NCBI RefSeq assembly: GCF_056712565.1
Contig: NZ_CM160072.1
Length of the DNA: 64,000 nucleotides
Reading direction: 5' to 3' (one strand)
In this document: positions 39,017 to 49,427 of the stretch, piece after piece
Position numbering within the stretch: position 1 is the stretch's first letter
Layout of the letters: every line of letters begins with the position of its first letter
Notes under the pieces: generated by a model
Databases searched by the model: none
Told to the model about the DNA's origin: nothing
The model's input: only the letters and a program-made list of their open reading frames with translations
Position numbers and translations under genes: made by a program

Positions 39017-40345
39017 TCAGCTTATGGGAACTTCAATCTGGGCCCGGGCAACCACAACCTCATTTTTTATCACATAGCATTCTACCATGTGATCTCCGCG
39101 GAAGTCGGTAGTTTCTTTCTTCGTACAGTAGCCGCCGTCCGAAACGATTTGTCCCCGGATCATATTTCTTCTGCGTGCTTCGTCACCCACGTTCAGTACC
39201 TTCCACATAACGGTGTAGGGTTCCTCTGCCTCCATTTCTGTCAAGTCTGCCCGGAAAAGGAGAGATTTTCGAGCGGAGAGGCGGAATCTTCTGATAAGCA
39301 TCTCCCTCAGGCTTCTGGGAGGGAAACCATCCTGGGTTACGGTACAGTCAAGGTTGAGTGAGTACCTGATATCCACCGGATATTTATCCTCTATAAACTC
39401 TTCGGTATCGGTCCAGGGAACAGCATCTGCCGCATGCGATTCCAGACCAAGACGGGCTTCCATAATACCCACTTTACGTCTGGGGAAGGCTCGTCCGAAC
39501 ACTTTGCGCCAGCGGTCATTTTCACTGGCAGCCCCCTCAGCGTCTAAGGCATCACAACATAATTCATACGCGTGTTTCGCTGCCCGGCCAAACCAGGGAG
39601 ATTTAACACGTACATGCTGATTACTGCCTAACGCGAGATACCTTTCCTTTCTCTCCTCATTTGACAGATATTCAAAAAAGTCTCTGGCGAGGGCTCCCAG
39701 GCTGCCATTTCCGGTATTGTCATAATCTGATGTTGATGAAAGAAAGCGATACGCTAGTGTGTCTATCAGTAAGCCACCCATATTGACGCCATGCAGGTTC
39801 TTCCAGGCTCTGATCATTTTACACAGCTTGCGCAGATTATTGGATTTATCTCGCGAAAATGCGGTCATGGCCGCCTTTTCGTGAAGAGGTTTTGTAATGC
39901 GCCATGCTCCTCCATTATAGCTTTCAGGGAATTTAAAGCTGTCATCATCCTGTCTGAATACAGGTTGAACCTCGACATAAAAGTTTTTAAAGATGATCTG
40001 AACAACCAGTCTGTCCTTTTTCACAGTCTGGTCAGGATATTCTTCCGCCAGAATGTTTCTGACATCTGTAAGCAATGCAGACTGACCATTATCCTTACGG
40101 TTATAATATTCATACTGATTGGGGGGCATAATATAAAGCATATCCAGATCGGATATGCCTTTTATTGCGGTATGTCTGCCTACTGACCCCACTTTCAAGC
40201 GGTTTGCTACCCGGGAACTCGTTCCTCTGAACGCAAGATTTAATGACTTGGTTATTTTTCGATAGTGATAGCTGATCTTTTTTGCCTGTTTGAGGTCAAG
40301 ATTCAAATTTTCAAGAAATTCGCTGAACAATTCCCTGTGGCTCAT
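39017..40345 (-). CDS. SMODS-type (cGAS/DncV-like superfamily) nucleotidyltransferase with C-terminal sensor-like domain
   Basis: Pol-beta NTase motif GS-x10-DLD (GSVGRHTAIKGISDLDMLYI) in a 442 aa protein. Confidence 0.75.
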   Translation of the reverse strand: MSHRELFSEFLENLNLDLKQAKKISYHYRKITKSLNLAFRGTSSRVANRLKVGSVGRHTAIKGISDLDMLYIMPPNQYEYYNRKDNGQSALLTDVRNILAEEYPDQTVKKDRLVVQIIFKNFYVEVQPVFRQDDDSFKFPESYNGGAWRITKPLHEKAAMTAFSRDKSNNLRKLCKMIRAWKNLHGVNMGGLLIDTLAYRFLSSTSDYDNTGNGSLGALARDFFEYLSNEERKERYLALGSNQHVRVKSPWFGRAAKHAYELCCDALDAEGAASENDRWRKVFGRAFPRRKVGIMEARLGLESHAADAVPWTDTEEFIEDKYPVDIRYSLNLDCTVTQDGFPPRSLREMLIRRFRLSARKSLLFRADLTEMEAEEPYTVMWKVLNVGDEARRRNMIRGQIVSDGGYCTKKETTDFRGDHMVECYVIKNEVVVARAQIEVPIS

Positions 40346-40479
40346 GGTGTTTCCTTTGGCATGTGAAACATTAGCTTACATTATCATTACACCTTATAAA
40401 AACCAAGATCTTGGGAGGTGAGCGTTCTGCATGGCTTTATGACTTAAACGTAAGCGTTAACGGAGTGCCGTATTGACGC

Positions 40480-40665
40480 TTATTTATTGGTGAGTACTAC
40501 GTTCCATGGCAGGAGTTCGTCAACTCGGTTGGAAGGCCATTCCGGCAGTACGCTCAGGATATGGCTCAGATACGCTTCCGGATCGATATCGTTCAGTCGG
40601 CAGGTGCCGATCAGCCCGTACAACAGTGCTCCTCGCTCGCCGCCGTGATCGCTGCCGAAGAACAT
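40480..40665 (-). mobile_element. IS66-family transposase (TnpC) C-terminal relic
   Basis: YLSHILSVLPEWPSNRVDELLPWN is the conserved IS66 transposase C-terminus; only ~60 codons present. Confidence 0.6.
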
Positions 40666-40685
40666 AATGAATCGCCACGGATAAT

Positions 40686-41498
40686 CTAGACACTTCCGAG
40701 CCGTTGATAATACTGGTTTTCATATTCTGTCGGTGACATCTGTTCGCTAGAACCATGCCGACGCTTACTGTTATAAAACATTTCGATGTAATCAAAAATA
40801 TCACTGCGGGCTTCTTCCCGCATTCCGTAGATCTTTTTCTTTATCCGTTCACGTTTCAACAACTGGAAAAAACTTTCTGCAACCGCATTATCATGGCAGT
40901 TACCGCGACGGCTCATGCTACCCTCCAGGCCGTGTGATTTCAGGAACGACTGCCACTCATGGCTTGTGTACTGACTGCCCTGATCCGAATGAACCAGCAC
41001 CTGTTTTTCGGGATTACGCCGCCATACAGCCATCAGCAGTGCGTTCAGGACAATGTCCTTTGTCATCCGGGATTGCATGGACCAGCCGATAATTTTGCGT
41101 GAGAACAGATCAACAACAACGGCAAGATACAGCCAGCCTTCGTGGGTCCTGATGTAGGTTATGTCCGTTACCCAACGCTCATCAGGAGCATCCGGATTGA
41201 ACTGTCGCTGGAGCCTGTTGGGTGACATGATACTGGCCTCGCCTTTACGTGCCCGCGGGCTTCGGTATCCGACCTGAGCCTTTATTCCGACACGTTTCAT
41301 CAGTCTCCAGACTCTGTTTACTCCGCACTGTTGCCCGCTGTCACGCAGATCCAGATGGATTTTGCGATAACCATAGACGCATCCCGATTCCAGCCAGAAC
41401 TGTTTAATCTGTCCTGTCAGTCTCAGGTCTGCCTGATGGCGTTGTGAATGCGGCTGCTGAAGCCAGGCGTAAAAACCACTGGGATGAACATCCAGCAC
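40686..41498 (-). CDS. IS911 OrfB (DDE integrase/transposase catalytic subunit)
   Basis: IS3-family rve domain with DDE context (WVTDITYIRTHEGWLYLAVVVDLFSRKIIGW ... HSDQGSQYTS ... CHDNAVAESFF). Confidence 0.85.
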   Translation of the reverse strand: MLDVHPSGFYAWLQQPHSQRHQADLRLTGQIKQFWLESGCVYGYRKIHLDLRDSGQQCGVNRVWRLMKRVGIKAQVGYRSPRARKGEASIMSPNRLQRQFNPDAPDERWVTDITYIRTHEGWLYLAVVVDLFSRKIIGWSMQSRMTKDIVLNALLMAVWRRNPEKQVLVHSDQGSQYTSHEWQSFLKSHGLEGSMSRRGNCHDNAVAESFFQLLKRERIKKKIYGMREEARSDIFDYIEMFYNSKRRHGSSEQMSPTEYENQYYQRLGSV

Positions 41499-41554
41499 CC
41501 GACAGAGCAGGCGAACAGGCCAGCAACAGGTGTTGTCACGGATAAAGGCGTACC

Positions 41555-41842
41555 TCAGTCGGACAGCTTTGCGAAGTACGCCGCCTTTTTTAATATTTCA
41601 TTCTCCATTTCAATGCGTTGTAGCTTTTTCCTCAGCTTACGTATTTCGATTTGTTCTGGTGTTATCGGAGAGGCTTTTGGTGTTTTGCCCTGACGCTCAT
41701 CACGCAGTTGTTTGACCCATCTTGTCATTGTGGAAAGGCCAACATCCATAGCTTTGGCGGCATCTGCCACCGTGTATTTCTGGTCAACAACCAGTTGAGC
41801 GGATTCGCGTTTAAACTCTGCGCTAAAATTTCTTTTTTTCAT
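41555..41842 (-). CDS. IS911 OrfA (HTH transposase subunit)
   Basis: [46 protein letters not shown]. Confidence 0.85.
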   Translation of the reverse strand: MKKRNFSAEFKRESAQLVVDQKYTVADAAKAMDVGLSTMTRWVKQLRDERQGKTPKASPITPEQIEIRKLRKKLQRIEMENEILKKAAYFAKLSD

Positions 41843-41911
41843 TGGAGCACCTGTGTTGTTCTGAGGTGAGCATATCACCTCTGTTCAGGTGGCCAAATTC
41901 AGTGTGCCACT

Positions 41912-42289
41912 TCAAGCCGGGAGCGGCGTCAGCCAGTCTCCCTTTACCCGCGCTTTTTCGGAAAGCCCACCCCAATGTTTTTCTCCTACACCCCAGCCGG
42001 TCAGCAGGACCTTATCCCCGGTCTGATATTCAGGATGTGAGCTGGCGGACACTGTACCGGCAAAATCAATGCCTGGCACCATTGGAAAGTGCCGGACGAT
42101 AGGCCCGCGGCCCGTAATAGCCAGTGCGTCTTTGTAGTTGATAGATGAACAGTCGACATTGACCTCCACATCCCCCTGTGGCAGCTCGCTTTCAGCGATT
42201 TCAGCAATTTGGGCACTGTGGCGACCATACATCTTACTGATTAATAAGGATTTAAACATTTTTTTCTCGTCTTTCTGGTTTGATGTCAT
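41912..42289 (-). pseudogene. N-terminal ~115 codons of a YhdH/AcuI-like zinc-independent MDR oxidoreductase, truncated exactly at the IS911 end
   Basis: [42 protein letters not shown]...[26 protein letters not shown] matches the YhdH N-terminus; reading frame runs into the IS911 terminal repeat. Confidence 0.65.
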
Positions 42290-42862
42290 TGAGCTATAAA
42301 GTAGTCAATAAACAATATTGACCGATCGTCTAATAATCAACGCTGATATCCCAGTGTTTGTCAGAAAACAAGAATTGCTTTTCTTTTCATCAGGTTAAAT
42401 CTATCTTTTTTGATTTATATCAAACCAGATTCGGTCTTCAATTATATAGGCATCAATGTTAGCGGTCCTACAAGATACGCAGTCGATGCTTCAGGGCGTA
42501 CTGATGAAATAAAACAAGTAGGCTGAGATTAGTTGGTCTGCTCATCGCTCACAGCGGACCTTCAGCTTCGTTAGCCAAGCGCTGACATAGTTACCGATGT
42601 AGCGTGTTAATCTGTCGGGAGCATAGCCGAAATCACTTAACCCATTAGACTTCACCTAAAACTGCAAAAATTACCGTCTTTGTCACACTCACCGAGTTTA
42701 ATCAAACTAACACTGTACATAGTGCGAACAAGAGCCAACCAGAAAGACTGTTCAGCATCAACAGTGAAGTTTTTCCCCGCTACTTCCCCGCAATTCTTCC
42801 GCAGTTTTCCCACTAGAGAGTTCGACACATCCCTTGCATACCAACGCTTTGATTCAAATCTC

Positions 42863-43627
42863 GGTAGTGCATCCAATTAGTAGAATATGTGTTTTTCGAT
42901 AAATGCTCCGATCACTTTTTCGTGGATCTCAACTGAGCGTGAGAAGCAGATTGTTTACGAGCCAACCGCTTAATGTGGGTGCGTAGCGTCAGATTATTAC
43001 GCTCAATGCGTTGGGTGAATATTTTGCCGGTCAGATGCTTATTCTTCGGCACCACCCGGCCATAGCTGTCCCAGTCATCGCTGGTGAGCATGCCGATGTT
43101 GAAGGGTGTAAGCAGTGCCAGTAGCTCCCGGCACGTTTGATCGGTTCGGGGACCAAAAGTGTAGGCCAGTACACCGCCTGTTTTGGTGTTGTACGCGTAC
43201 CAGAGCCAGTGTAGCCGGGCTTTACTGCCAACGTAGCTCCATTGCTCATCAAGCTCGCAGATAAGCGCCACATCAGCATGGGCAACAGGCGAAGAAGTTA
43301 TTTGCGTTGGTGCGAGTTTTTTAAAGTCCGGATGATGGTGTTAATACCAATTTTCAGTGTCCTGGCGGTATCGCGAACCCCGGCACCATTAAAGGCCATT
43401 TCAGTGATCATCTCTTTCATACCCGGCTTACGTGCTTGATAAGTATAAGTGAGCTGAAACACACGGTGGCAGTCACGGCAGCGAAATCTGTCACGGCCTT
43501 TAGGGTTCTGACCATGGCGGTAAACCTGAGCTGACTGACAACGGGGACAATGAATATTAACGCTGGCCATGAGATAACCTCAAAAGCCCGTATTATACAT
43601 CAGATTCAACCAATTAGAGGCATCACC
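42863..43627 (-). mobile_element. Diverged IS1-family element (InsA 43298..43570, InsB 42912..43271)
   Basis: InsA-like zinc-finger protein (CPRCQS...CRDCHRVF) and InsB-like ORF; IS1-like terminal repeats GGTGATGCC.../...GGTAGTGCATCC. Confidence 0.8.
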
Positions 43628-43822
43628 CTTTCCTACATTCGTAGGACTTTGATTACATATAGCAAGGGTTAATTCTTATATACATAGAATAAATTAGGAA
43701 TATAATGAATTTTATCGTGACGACCTTATTTATAATTAATTTATATTGTCAGAGAAATTAGTGTCCACAACATGAAGCCTTACAAAGAGATTCTATGATT
43801 TAAAAAAAATAAGAGCCAGCTT

Positions 43823-45292
43823 ATGCATATCGATTCGACTGAAAAAAATAATAAACAAAAGTTGGGCTTGCTTGCGCTAACATCCATTGTCGTGAGCTCG
43901 ATGATCGGCAGCGGCGTTGACGGACTCCCCCAGAATATGGCGGAGAATTCTGCCGTGGGCCCGGTGGCGATAGCATGGATAGTCTGTGGTATCGGCATGT
44001 TTTTCATCTCCAGAACTTTTATCGTGCTGTCAAACATTAGACCTGATCTCCAGTCAGGAGTTTATATGTATGCCCGGGAAGGGTTCGGCCGATTTACGGC
44101 ATTTAACGTCGCCTGGGGCTACTGGCTGATGACTATATTCAGCAACGTCGCCTTTGCCATTATGGTGATGGATACGCTGAATTATTTCTTACCAGGTGAT
44201 TTCAAGGGAGGGAACAATATTCCTTCCGTTATCGGTGCCTCTTTGCTGATATGGGGATTCAACTTTTTAGTCCTCTCCGGTACCCGCATTGCCGGGTCGA
44301 TTAACATCGTCGGCACGCTGGCCAAACTGATCCCGCTGGTGGCCTTTATTATTATTCTCATGCTGTTTATGAAGTACACCACGTTCGCAGATAACGTCTG
44401 GGGGCACAGCGCGAGTAAGGCCAGTCAGGACCTAGGCTCTATTTTCTCACAGGTAACTTCACCGCTTAGCGTGGCACTCTGGAGCTTCATCGGCGTTGAG
44501 GGGGCTGTCGCTCTTTCCGGTCGGGCCAAAAATAAACGCGACGTGGGTAAAGCCACATTCATTGGCTTCGTTGTATCACTGATTATCTGTCTGCTGGTCT
44601 CCATCCTGCCGTTTGGCGTGCTGACTCAACATGAGCTCAGCGCAATTCCAACCCCATCCACCGCCGGTATTCTGAAGATTGTTGTCGGTGAATGGGGGAA
44701 GATTATGATTATCTTGGGGGTGCTGATTTCGGTGCTTACCAGCTGGCTGGCGTGGACCATCATCTGCGCCGAACTGCCTATGGTGGCCGCGCAGAACGGC
44801 ACATTCCCGAAACCGTTCAGCAAAAAAAATGTGAAGGGTTCGGCCTCGGTTTCGCTTTATATAAGCAGTGCGTTTATGCAAATCGTCGTACTTCTGGTCT
44901 ACTTTTCTAACGATGCCTGGCTTGCAATGCTGGCTATCTCTACCCTGACCGTTTTACCTGCGTATTTAATGACCACGGCATACCTGTTTAAACTATGTAT
45001 TAGCGGCGAGTATGCCAGCTATACCACGAATCACAGCCGCAGCGCCGCGCTGGTCAGCAGTATTATCGGCTTTGTATTCTGCCTGTTTATGTTCTACGCC
45101 AGTGAAATCAAATATCTGGCGATGGTTCCGGTGCTGCTTACGCTGGGCGTGCCCCTGTTTATCTGGGCAAGAAAAAAAGACGATCGCGCAGATAAAATAT
45201 TTACGCTACGCGAACTGGCATTTTTTATTTTACTGCTGGTCCTCGACATCATTGTTTTTATTCTACTGCATTATAAAACGATACATTTTTAG
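43823..45292 (+). CDS. APC-superfamily basic amino acid/polyamine antiporter (ArcD/PotE/CadB-like), copy 1
   Basis: 489 aa, 12-13 TM profile, conserved N-terminal block (LGLLALTSIVVSSMIGSGV) shared with copy 2. Confidence 0.75.
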   Translation: MHIDSTEKNNKQKLGLLALTSIVVSSMIGSGVDGLPQNMAENSAVGPVAIAWIVCGIGMFFISRTFIVLSNIRPDLQSGVYMYAREGFGRFTAFNVAWGYWLMTIFSNVAFAIMVMDTLNYFLPGDFKGGNNIPSVIGASLLIWGFNFLVLSGTRIAGSINIVGTLAKLIPLVAFIIILMLFMKYTTFADNVWGHSASKASQDLGSIFSQVTSPLSVALWSFIGVEGAVALSGRAKNKRDVGKATFIGFVVSLIICLLVSILPFGVLTQHELSAIPTPSTAGILKIVVGEWGKIMIILGVLISVLTSWLAWTIICAELPMVAAQNGTFPKPFSKKNVKGSASVSLYISSAFMQIVVLLVYFSNDAWLAMLAISTLTVLPAYLMTTAYLFKLCISGEYASYTTNHSRSAALVSSIIGFVFCLFMFYASEIKYLAMVPVLLTLGVPLFIWARKKDDRADKIFTLRELAFFILLLVLDIIVFILLHYKTIHF

Positions 45293-45396
45293 TCCAGATT
45301 AATTCACAGCAAGTTAAGGTGACGATAATGTCTGTTTCTTGGGCATGACATCCTCACAGTTAAATACTATCTGAACAGTAACCGTGGAGACACCTA

Positions 45397-47766
45397 ATGA
45401 AATTTAACCACAATCTTTTATTTATTTCCTCACAATATCTTGATGGCGACAACCCTTCGCAGCAGGTACTGGAAGAGCTTCAAACCGAACTCGCGGAACG
45501 CGGTTTTAAAATTCATATCACGCACCAGATCTCTGATGGATTAAAAATCATCGAAAAAAGCCCCCAATACAGCGGGATTGGTTTTTACTGGGAGCCAGAC
45601 AATCCGACCTTTGCAGAAGAGCTACAGCACTTTATCAGCATATTCCGCAAAAGAAATGCCACGACGCCGCTGATAATTTTCTCAGAACAGAATATTACCG
45701 ATCGTATCCCACTCGACGTCTTAAAAGAGGTCAGCGAATATGTTTATCTGTTCTCTGAATCCGCAGCCTTCACTGCCAATCGACTGTACTCCTTAGTCCA
45801 CCGCTATGCGGATAAGCTTCTTCCTCCCTACTTTAAAACCCTTAAGGACTTTACCGAGGACGGTGACTATTACTGGGACTGCCCGGGGCATATGGGGGGA
45901 ATGGCCTATCTGAAACATCCTGTTGGCATTGAGTTCATTAACTTCTTTGGCGAAAACATGATGCGCGCTGATATTGGCGTGGCTACCGCGGAGATGGGGG
46001 ATTATCTGATCCACGCCGGACCGCCTAAAAAATCGGAAGAAATTGCGGCCCGACTGTTTGGCTCTGATTGGACCTTCTACGGTGTTTCCGGCTCATCGGG
46101 GTCGAACCGTATTGTGGCCCAGGCTGCGGTTGGCGCAGATGAAATTGCCATTATTGACCGAAATTGCCACAAGTCACTTAATCATGGCCTGACCTTGTCT
46201 CAGGCAAGGCCGGTTTACCTGAAACCTACCCGCAACGCGTGGGGGCTGATTGGGCCTATCCCGACCGGGCGCCTGAAGAAGGCCAGTATTGATGCGCTGG
46301 TGGCAAACAGCCGACTGGCATCTGGTGCGGTCAGCCAGTCCCCGTCCTACGCCGTGGTAACCAACTGCACCTATGATGGCTTCTGTTATAACGTGAACGA
46401 TGTAGTCAGACACCTGGGTGAAAGCGCACCGCGCATCCATTTTGATGAAGCATGGTATGCCTATGCGCGTTTCCATCCGCTATACCAGAGTCGCTATGCA
46501 ATGGACGCGGAGGAAACGCCAAATCGTCCAACCCTATTCGCCGTACAGTCCACCCATAAAATGCTGCCCTCACTCTCCATGGCCTCAATGATTCATGTGA
46601 AGAAAAGCGATCGCGCGCCGCTTAATTTCGATGACTTTAACGATGCCTTTATGATGCACGGCACGACCTCACCCTACTACCCGATCATTGCATCAATTGA
46701 TGTGGCAGTAAGCATGATGGAGGGTGAATCCGGTTATTCGCTTGTGCAGGAGTCAATTGAAGAAGCGATTGCCTTCCGTAAAGCCGTGGTCAGCGTCAAG
46801 CGCCAGCTCCAGGAGCAGGAAGGTGGTGACGCCTGGTTCTTCGATGTGCTTCAGCCAACCGAAGTGCAGGACAGCGATTCTGGGCAGCGATACAGTTTTG
46901 AAGAGGCACCCGTATCGCTGCTGAGCCACAGCGCCGACTGCTGGTCGCTGCGCTCCGGTGAGCGCTGGCACGGTTTTGCCGATGATGATCTGGTCGAAAC
47001 CAACAGTATGCTCGATCCAGTAAAAGTGACCCTGACTTGTCCAGGGATCGGCCCGAAGGGAGAATACCAGAAAAACGGTATTCCGGGATATTTGCTGACC
47101 CGTTTTCTCGATGACCGTCGCATTGAAATTGCCCGTACTGGTGACTACACCGTGCTGATCCTGTTCTCCGTCGGCATCACCAAAGGCAAATGGGGAACTC
47201 TGATTGAAAGCCTGCTGGCCTTTAAAAAGCATTACGACAATGACGATCTGGCCACAGATGCTATCCCGTCGCTGAAAGCGCATTCTCCACACTACGACAC
47301 GCTAACCCTCAAGGAGCTATGTCAGATAATGCATGAAAAAATGGATGAGCTGGAGCTGATGTCGCATATCAACGACGCGGTAAACACCGATCCGGAACCA
47401 GTTATGACCCCGGCAGAAGCCTATCAGAAAGTCGTACGCTACAAAACCGAGCATATCCGGCTGGATGATTTTAGCGGCAGAATTGCCGCCAGCATGCTCG
47501 TCCCATATCCCCCAGGCATTCCTGTACTGATGCCGGGCGAACGGATGCCGCAAGGTAACAAGGGCATTATTGGCTATCTGCGCGCCCTGCAGGAATTCGA
47601 TAAGCAATTCCCAGGTTTTGAACATGAGATCCAGGGCGTTAACGTCGATGAAAACGGGGACTTCTGGGTCAGAGCGATTGTGGAAGAAGAACGCGATGGG
47701 CAGTCGCTACCCGGCCACATAACCTTTAAACGCCAGGTCTCTGGTATTAAAAAGGGCCGCCAGTAG
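45397..47766 (+). CDS. Fold-I PLP-dependent Orn/Lys/Arg decarboxylase (inducible AdiA/SpeF/CadA type), substrate unassigned
   Basis: 789 aa; collinear with AdiA-type decarboxylases (YWDCPGHMGG, DRNCHKS, STHKML PLP-lysine region, PYPPGIPVLMPGE). Confidence 0.8.
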   Translation: MKFNHNLLFISSQYLDGDNPSQQVLEELQTELAERGFKIHITHQISDGLKIIEKSPQYSGIGFYWEPDNPTFAEELQHFISIFRKRNATTPLIIFSEQNITDRIPLDVLKEVSEYVYLFSESAAFTANRLYSLVHRYADKLLPPYFKTLKDFTEDGDYYWDCPGHMGGMAYLKHPVGIEFINFFGENMMRADIGVATAEMGDYLIHAGPPKKSEEIAARLFGSDWTFYGVSGSSGSNRIVAQAAVGADEIAIIDRNCHKSLNHGLTLSQARPVYLKPTRNAWGLIGPIPTGRLKKASIDALVANSRLASGAVSQSPSYAVVTNCTYDGFCYNVNDVVRHLGESAPRIHFDEAWYAYARFHPLYQSRYAMDAEETPNRPTLFAVQSTHKMLPSLSMASMIHVKKSDRAPLNFDDFNDAFMMHGTTSPYYPIIASIDVAVSMMEGESGYSLVQESIEEAIAFRKAVVSVKRQLQEQEGGDAWFFDVLQPTEVQDSDSGQRYSFEEAPVSLLSHSADCWSLRSGERWHGFADDDLVETNSMLDPVKVTLTCPGIGPKGEYQKNGIPGYLLTRFLDDRRIEIARTGDYTVLILFSVGITKGKWGTLIESLLAFKKHYDNDDLATDAIPSLKAHSPHYDTLTLKELCQIMHEKMDELELMSHINDAVNTDPEPVMTPAEAYQKVVRYKTEHIRLDDFSGRIAASMLVPYPPGIPVLMPGERMPQGNKGIIGYLRALQEFDKQFPGFEHEIQGVNVDENGDFWVRAIVEEERDGQSLPGHITFKRQVSGIKKGRQ

Positions 47767-47840
47767 GCGGGGGAAAGAACAATACCGTCGGATCGCCTGC
47801 AATCCGACGGCAATATTATAGAATAGCTGAGGGAAACGTT

Positions 47841-49340
47841 ATGGCAGAGCAATCTTCAGATGTAAAAAATAGTGACAATAGCGCCGGAGGACATAAGCTG
47901 GGGCTTATATCCCTCATCGCTATTGTCGTTAGCTCCATGCTGGGAGGCGGCGTTTTCAGTCTGCCGCAAAACACGGCGGCCTCTTCTGCACTAGGGCCAG
48001 TAATCATTGCATGGATTATTGCCGGGATCGGTATTTATTTTATCGCAAACTCCTTTCGCGTACTATCAGATCTGCGCCCGGACCTTCAGGCTGGAGTGTA
48101 TATGTATGCCCAGGAAGGTTTTGGTTCCTTTATTGGCTTTAACGTCGCCTGGGGCTACTGGCTGATGACCGCATTTGGCAACGTTGCCTTTGCGGTAATT
48201 TTAATGGATGCTTTTAATCAGTTTATGCCGGGGGTTTTTACGGATGGTAATAATCTGAACTCCATTATCTGCGGCTCAGTGCTGATCTGGGGCTATAATT
48301 TTCTTGTTCTGTCCGGGACGAAAGTGGCCGGATTTGTTAACACCTTGGGAACCATCGCCAAGCTCGTCCCTCTGATCCTATTCGTATTACTGCTGGGTGT
48401 GCTGATCGATTATTCGGACCTGTTTAAAAACTTTTGGGGAGAATCACCCGCGATCCTCAGTGGCAACGGAAATGACGCCGCACCAGTATCGCTGCTGTCT
48501 CAGATTCTGGCACCGATGACCGTAACGCTCTGGGCCTTTATTGGCGTCGAGGGAGCGGTTGTTCTATCCGGACGTGCCAAAAATAAACAGGACGTAGGGA
48601 AAGCCACACTGATCGGCTTTCTGCTGGCGCTAATTATTTATATGTTAATGTCCATTCTGCCGTTCGGTGTAATGCCTCAGGCAGAACTAGCGCAGGTCAG
48701 TAACCCCTCTACCGCAGGCGTGCTCGCCCACGTTGTCGGTCAGTGGGGCGACTGGCTGATGAGCGCGGGGCTGATTATTTCTGTTCTGGCCGGCTGGCTT
48801 GCCTGGACCATGCTATGCGCTGAAATACCGATGGTCGCAGGACAGAAAGGCGCTTTCCCGCGCGCGTTTGCCCGAACGAACAGTAAACAGGCGGCCAATG
48901 TGTCACTGTGGGTTAGTAGCTTTGTGATGCAGGCGGCCATGTTACTTGTTTATTTTTCAAATAATGCTTGGACCACCATGTATAATATCAGTGCGCTGAT
49001 GGTTGTTCCGGCCTATATTACCACCACGCTGTATCTGACCAGTATTTGCAGAAACGGAAAATATGATCAGTATGCAAAAAAAGGCCGCAGGCTGGCTTTG
49101 TCCAGCGGTGTTTTAGGCTCGCTATTCTGTCTGTTTATTCTTTACGCCAGCCAGATTGAGTATGTTGCATTAATTCCTATCCTGTTGACCTGTGGTCTGC
49201 CGGTCTTTATCTGGTCAAGAAAAGAAAAAAATGATGGTCAGCCGATATTTACCAAAAAAGAGCTGATTTATCTGATTATGCTGTTGCTGTGCGATATTAT
49301 CGTCGTTGCCCTGTTTATTGGTGGATATTTAAAGGTATAA
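47841..49340 (+). CDS. APC-superfamily antiporter, copy 2 (paralog of 43823..45292)
   Basis: 499 aa, collinear with copy 1 along the whole length. Confidence 0.75.
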   Translation: MAEQSSDVKNSDNSAGGHKLGLISLIAIVVSSMLGGGVFSLPQNTAASSALGPVIIAWIIAGIGIYFIANSFRVLSDLRPDLQAGVYMYAQEGFGSFIGFNVAWGYWLMTAFGNVAFAVILMDAFNQFMPGVFTDGNNLNSIICGSVLIWGYNFLVLSGTKVAGFVNTLGTIAKLVPLILFVLLLGVLIDYSDLFKNFWGESPAILSGNGNDAAPVSLLSQILAPMTVTLWAFIGVEGAVVLSGRAKNKQDVGKATLIGFLLALIIYMLMSILPFGVMPQAELAQVSNPSTAGVLAHVVGQWGDWLMSAGLIISVLAGWLAWTMLCAEIPMVAGQKGAFPRAFARTNSKQAANVSLWVSSFVMQAAMLLVYFSNNAWTTMYNISALMVVPAYITTTLYLTSICRNGKYDQYAKKGRRLALSSGVLGSLFCLFILYASQIEYVALIPILLTCGLPVFIWSRKEKNDGQPIFTKKELIYLIMLLLCDIIVVALFIGGYLKV

Positions 49341-49427
49341 GTCCGAGTTAAATCTTTACTGGGCTAGTAATGCCGCCTTTTAAACAAGAAGGGCGGCAAT
49401 CTTACTGAAATTAGTATGCTGCAAATC

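Larger units (their letters stand above)
40650..41914 (-). mobile_element. IS911 (IS3 family), apparently complete; right end approximate
   Basis: OrfA and OrfB in -1 frameshift arrangement; left terminal repeat TGAAGTGGCACACTGAATTTGGCCACCTGAACAG at 41881..41914. Confidence 0.8.

Noticed and set aside
45397-47766. Labelling the decarboxylase cluster as the cadBA operon that neighbours pheU in K-12
   Set aside because: Protein length (789 aa) and sequence differ from CadA, there are two ~490 aa antiporters rather than one CadB, and there is no cadC; treated as a distinct acquired module.
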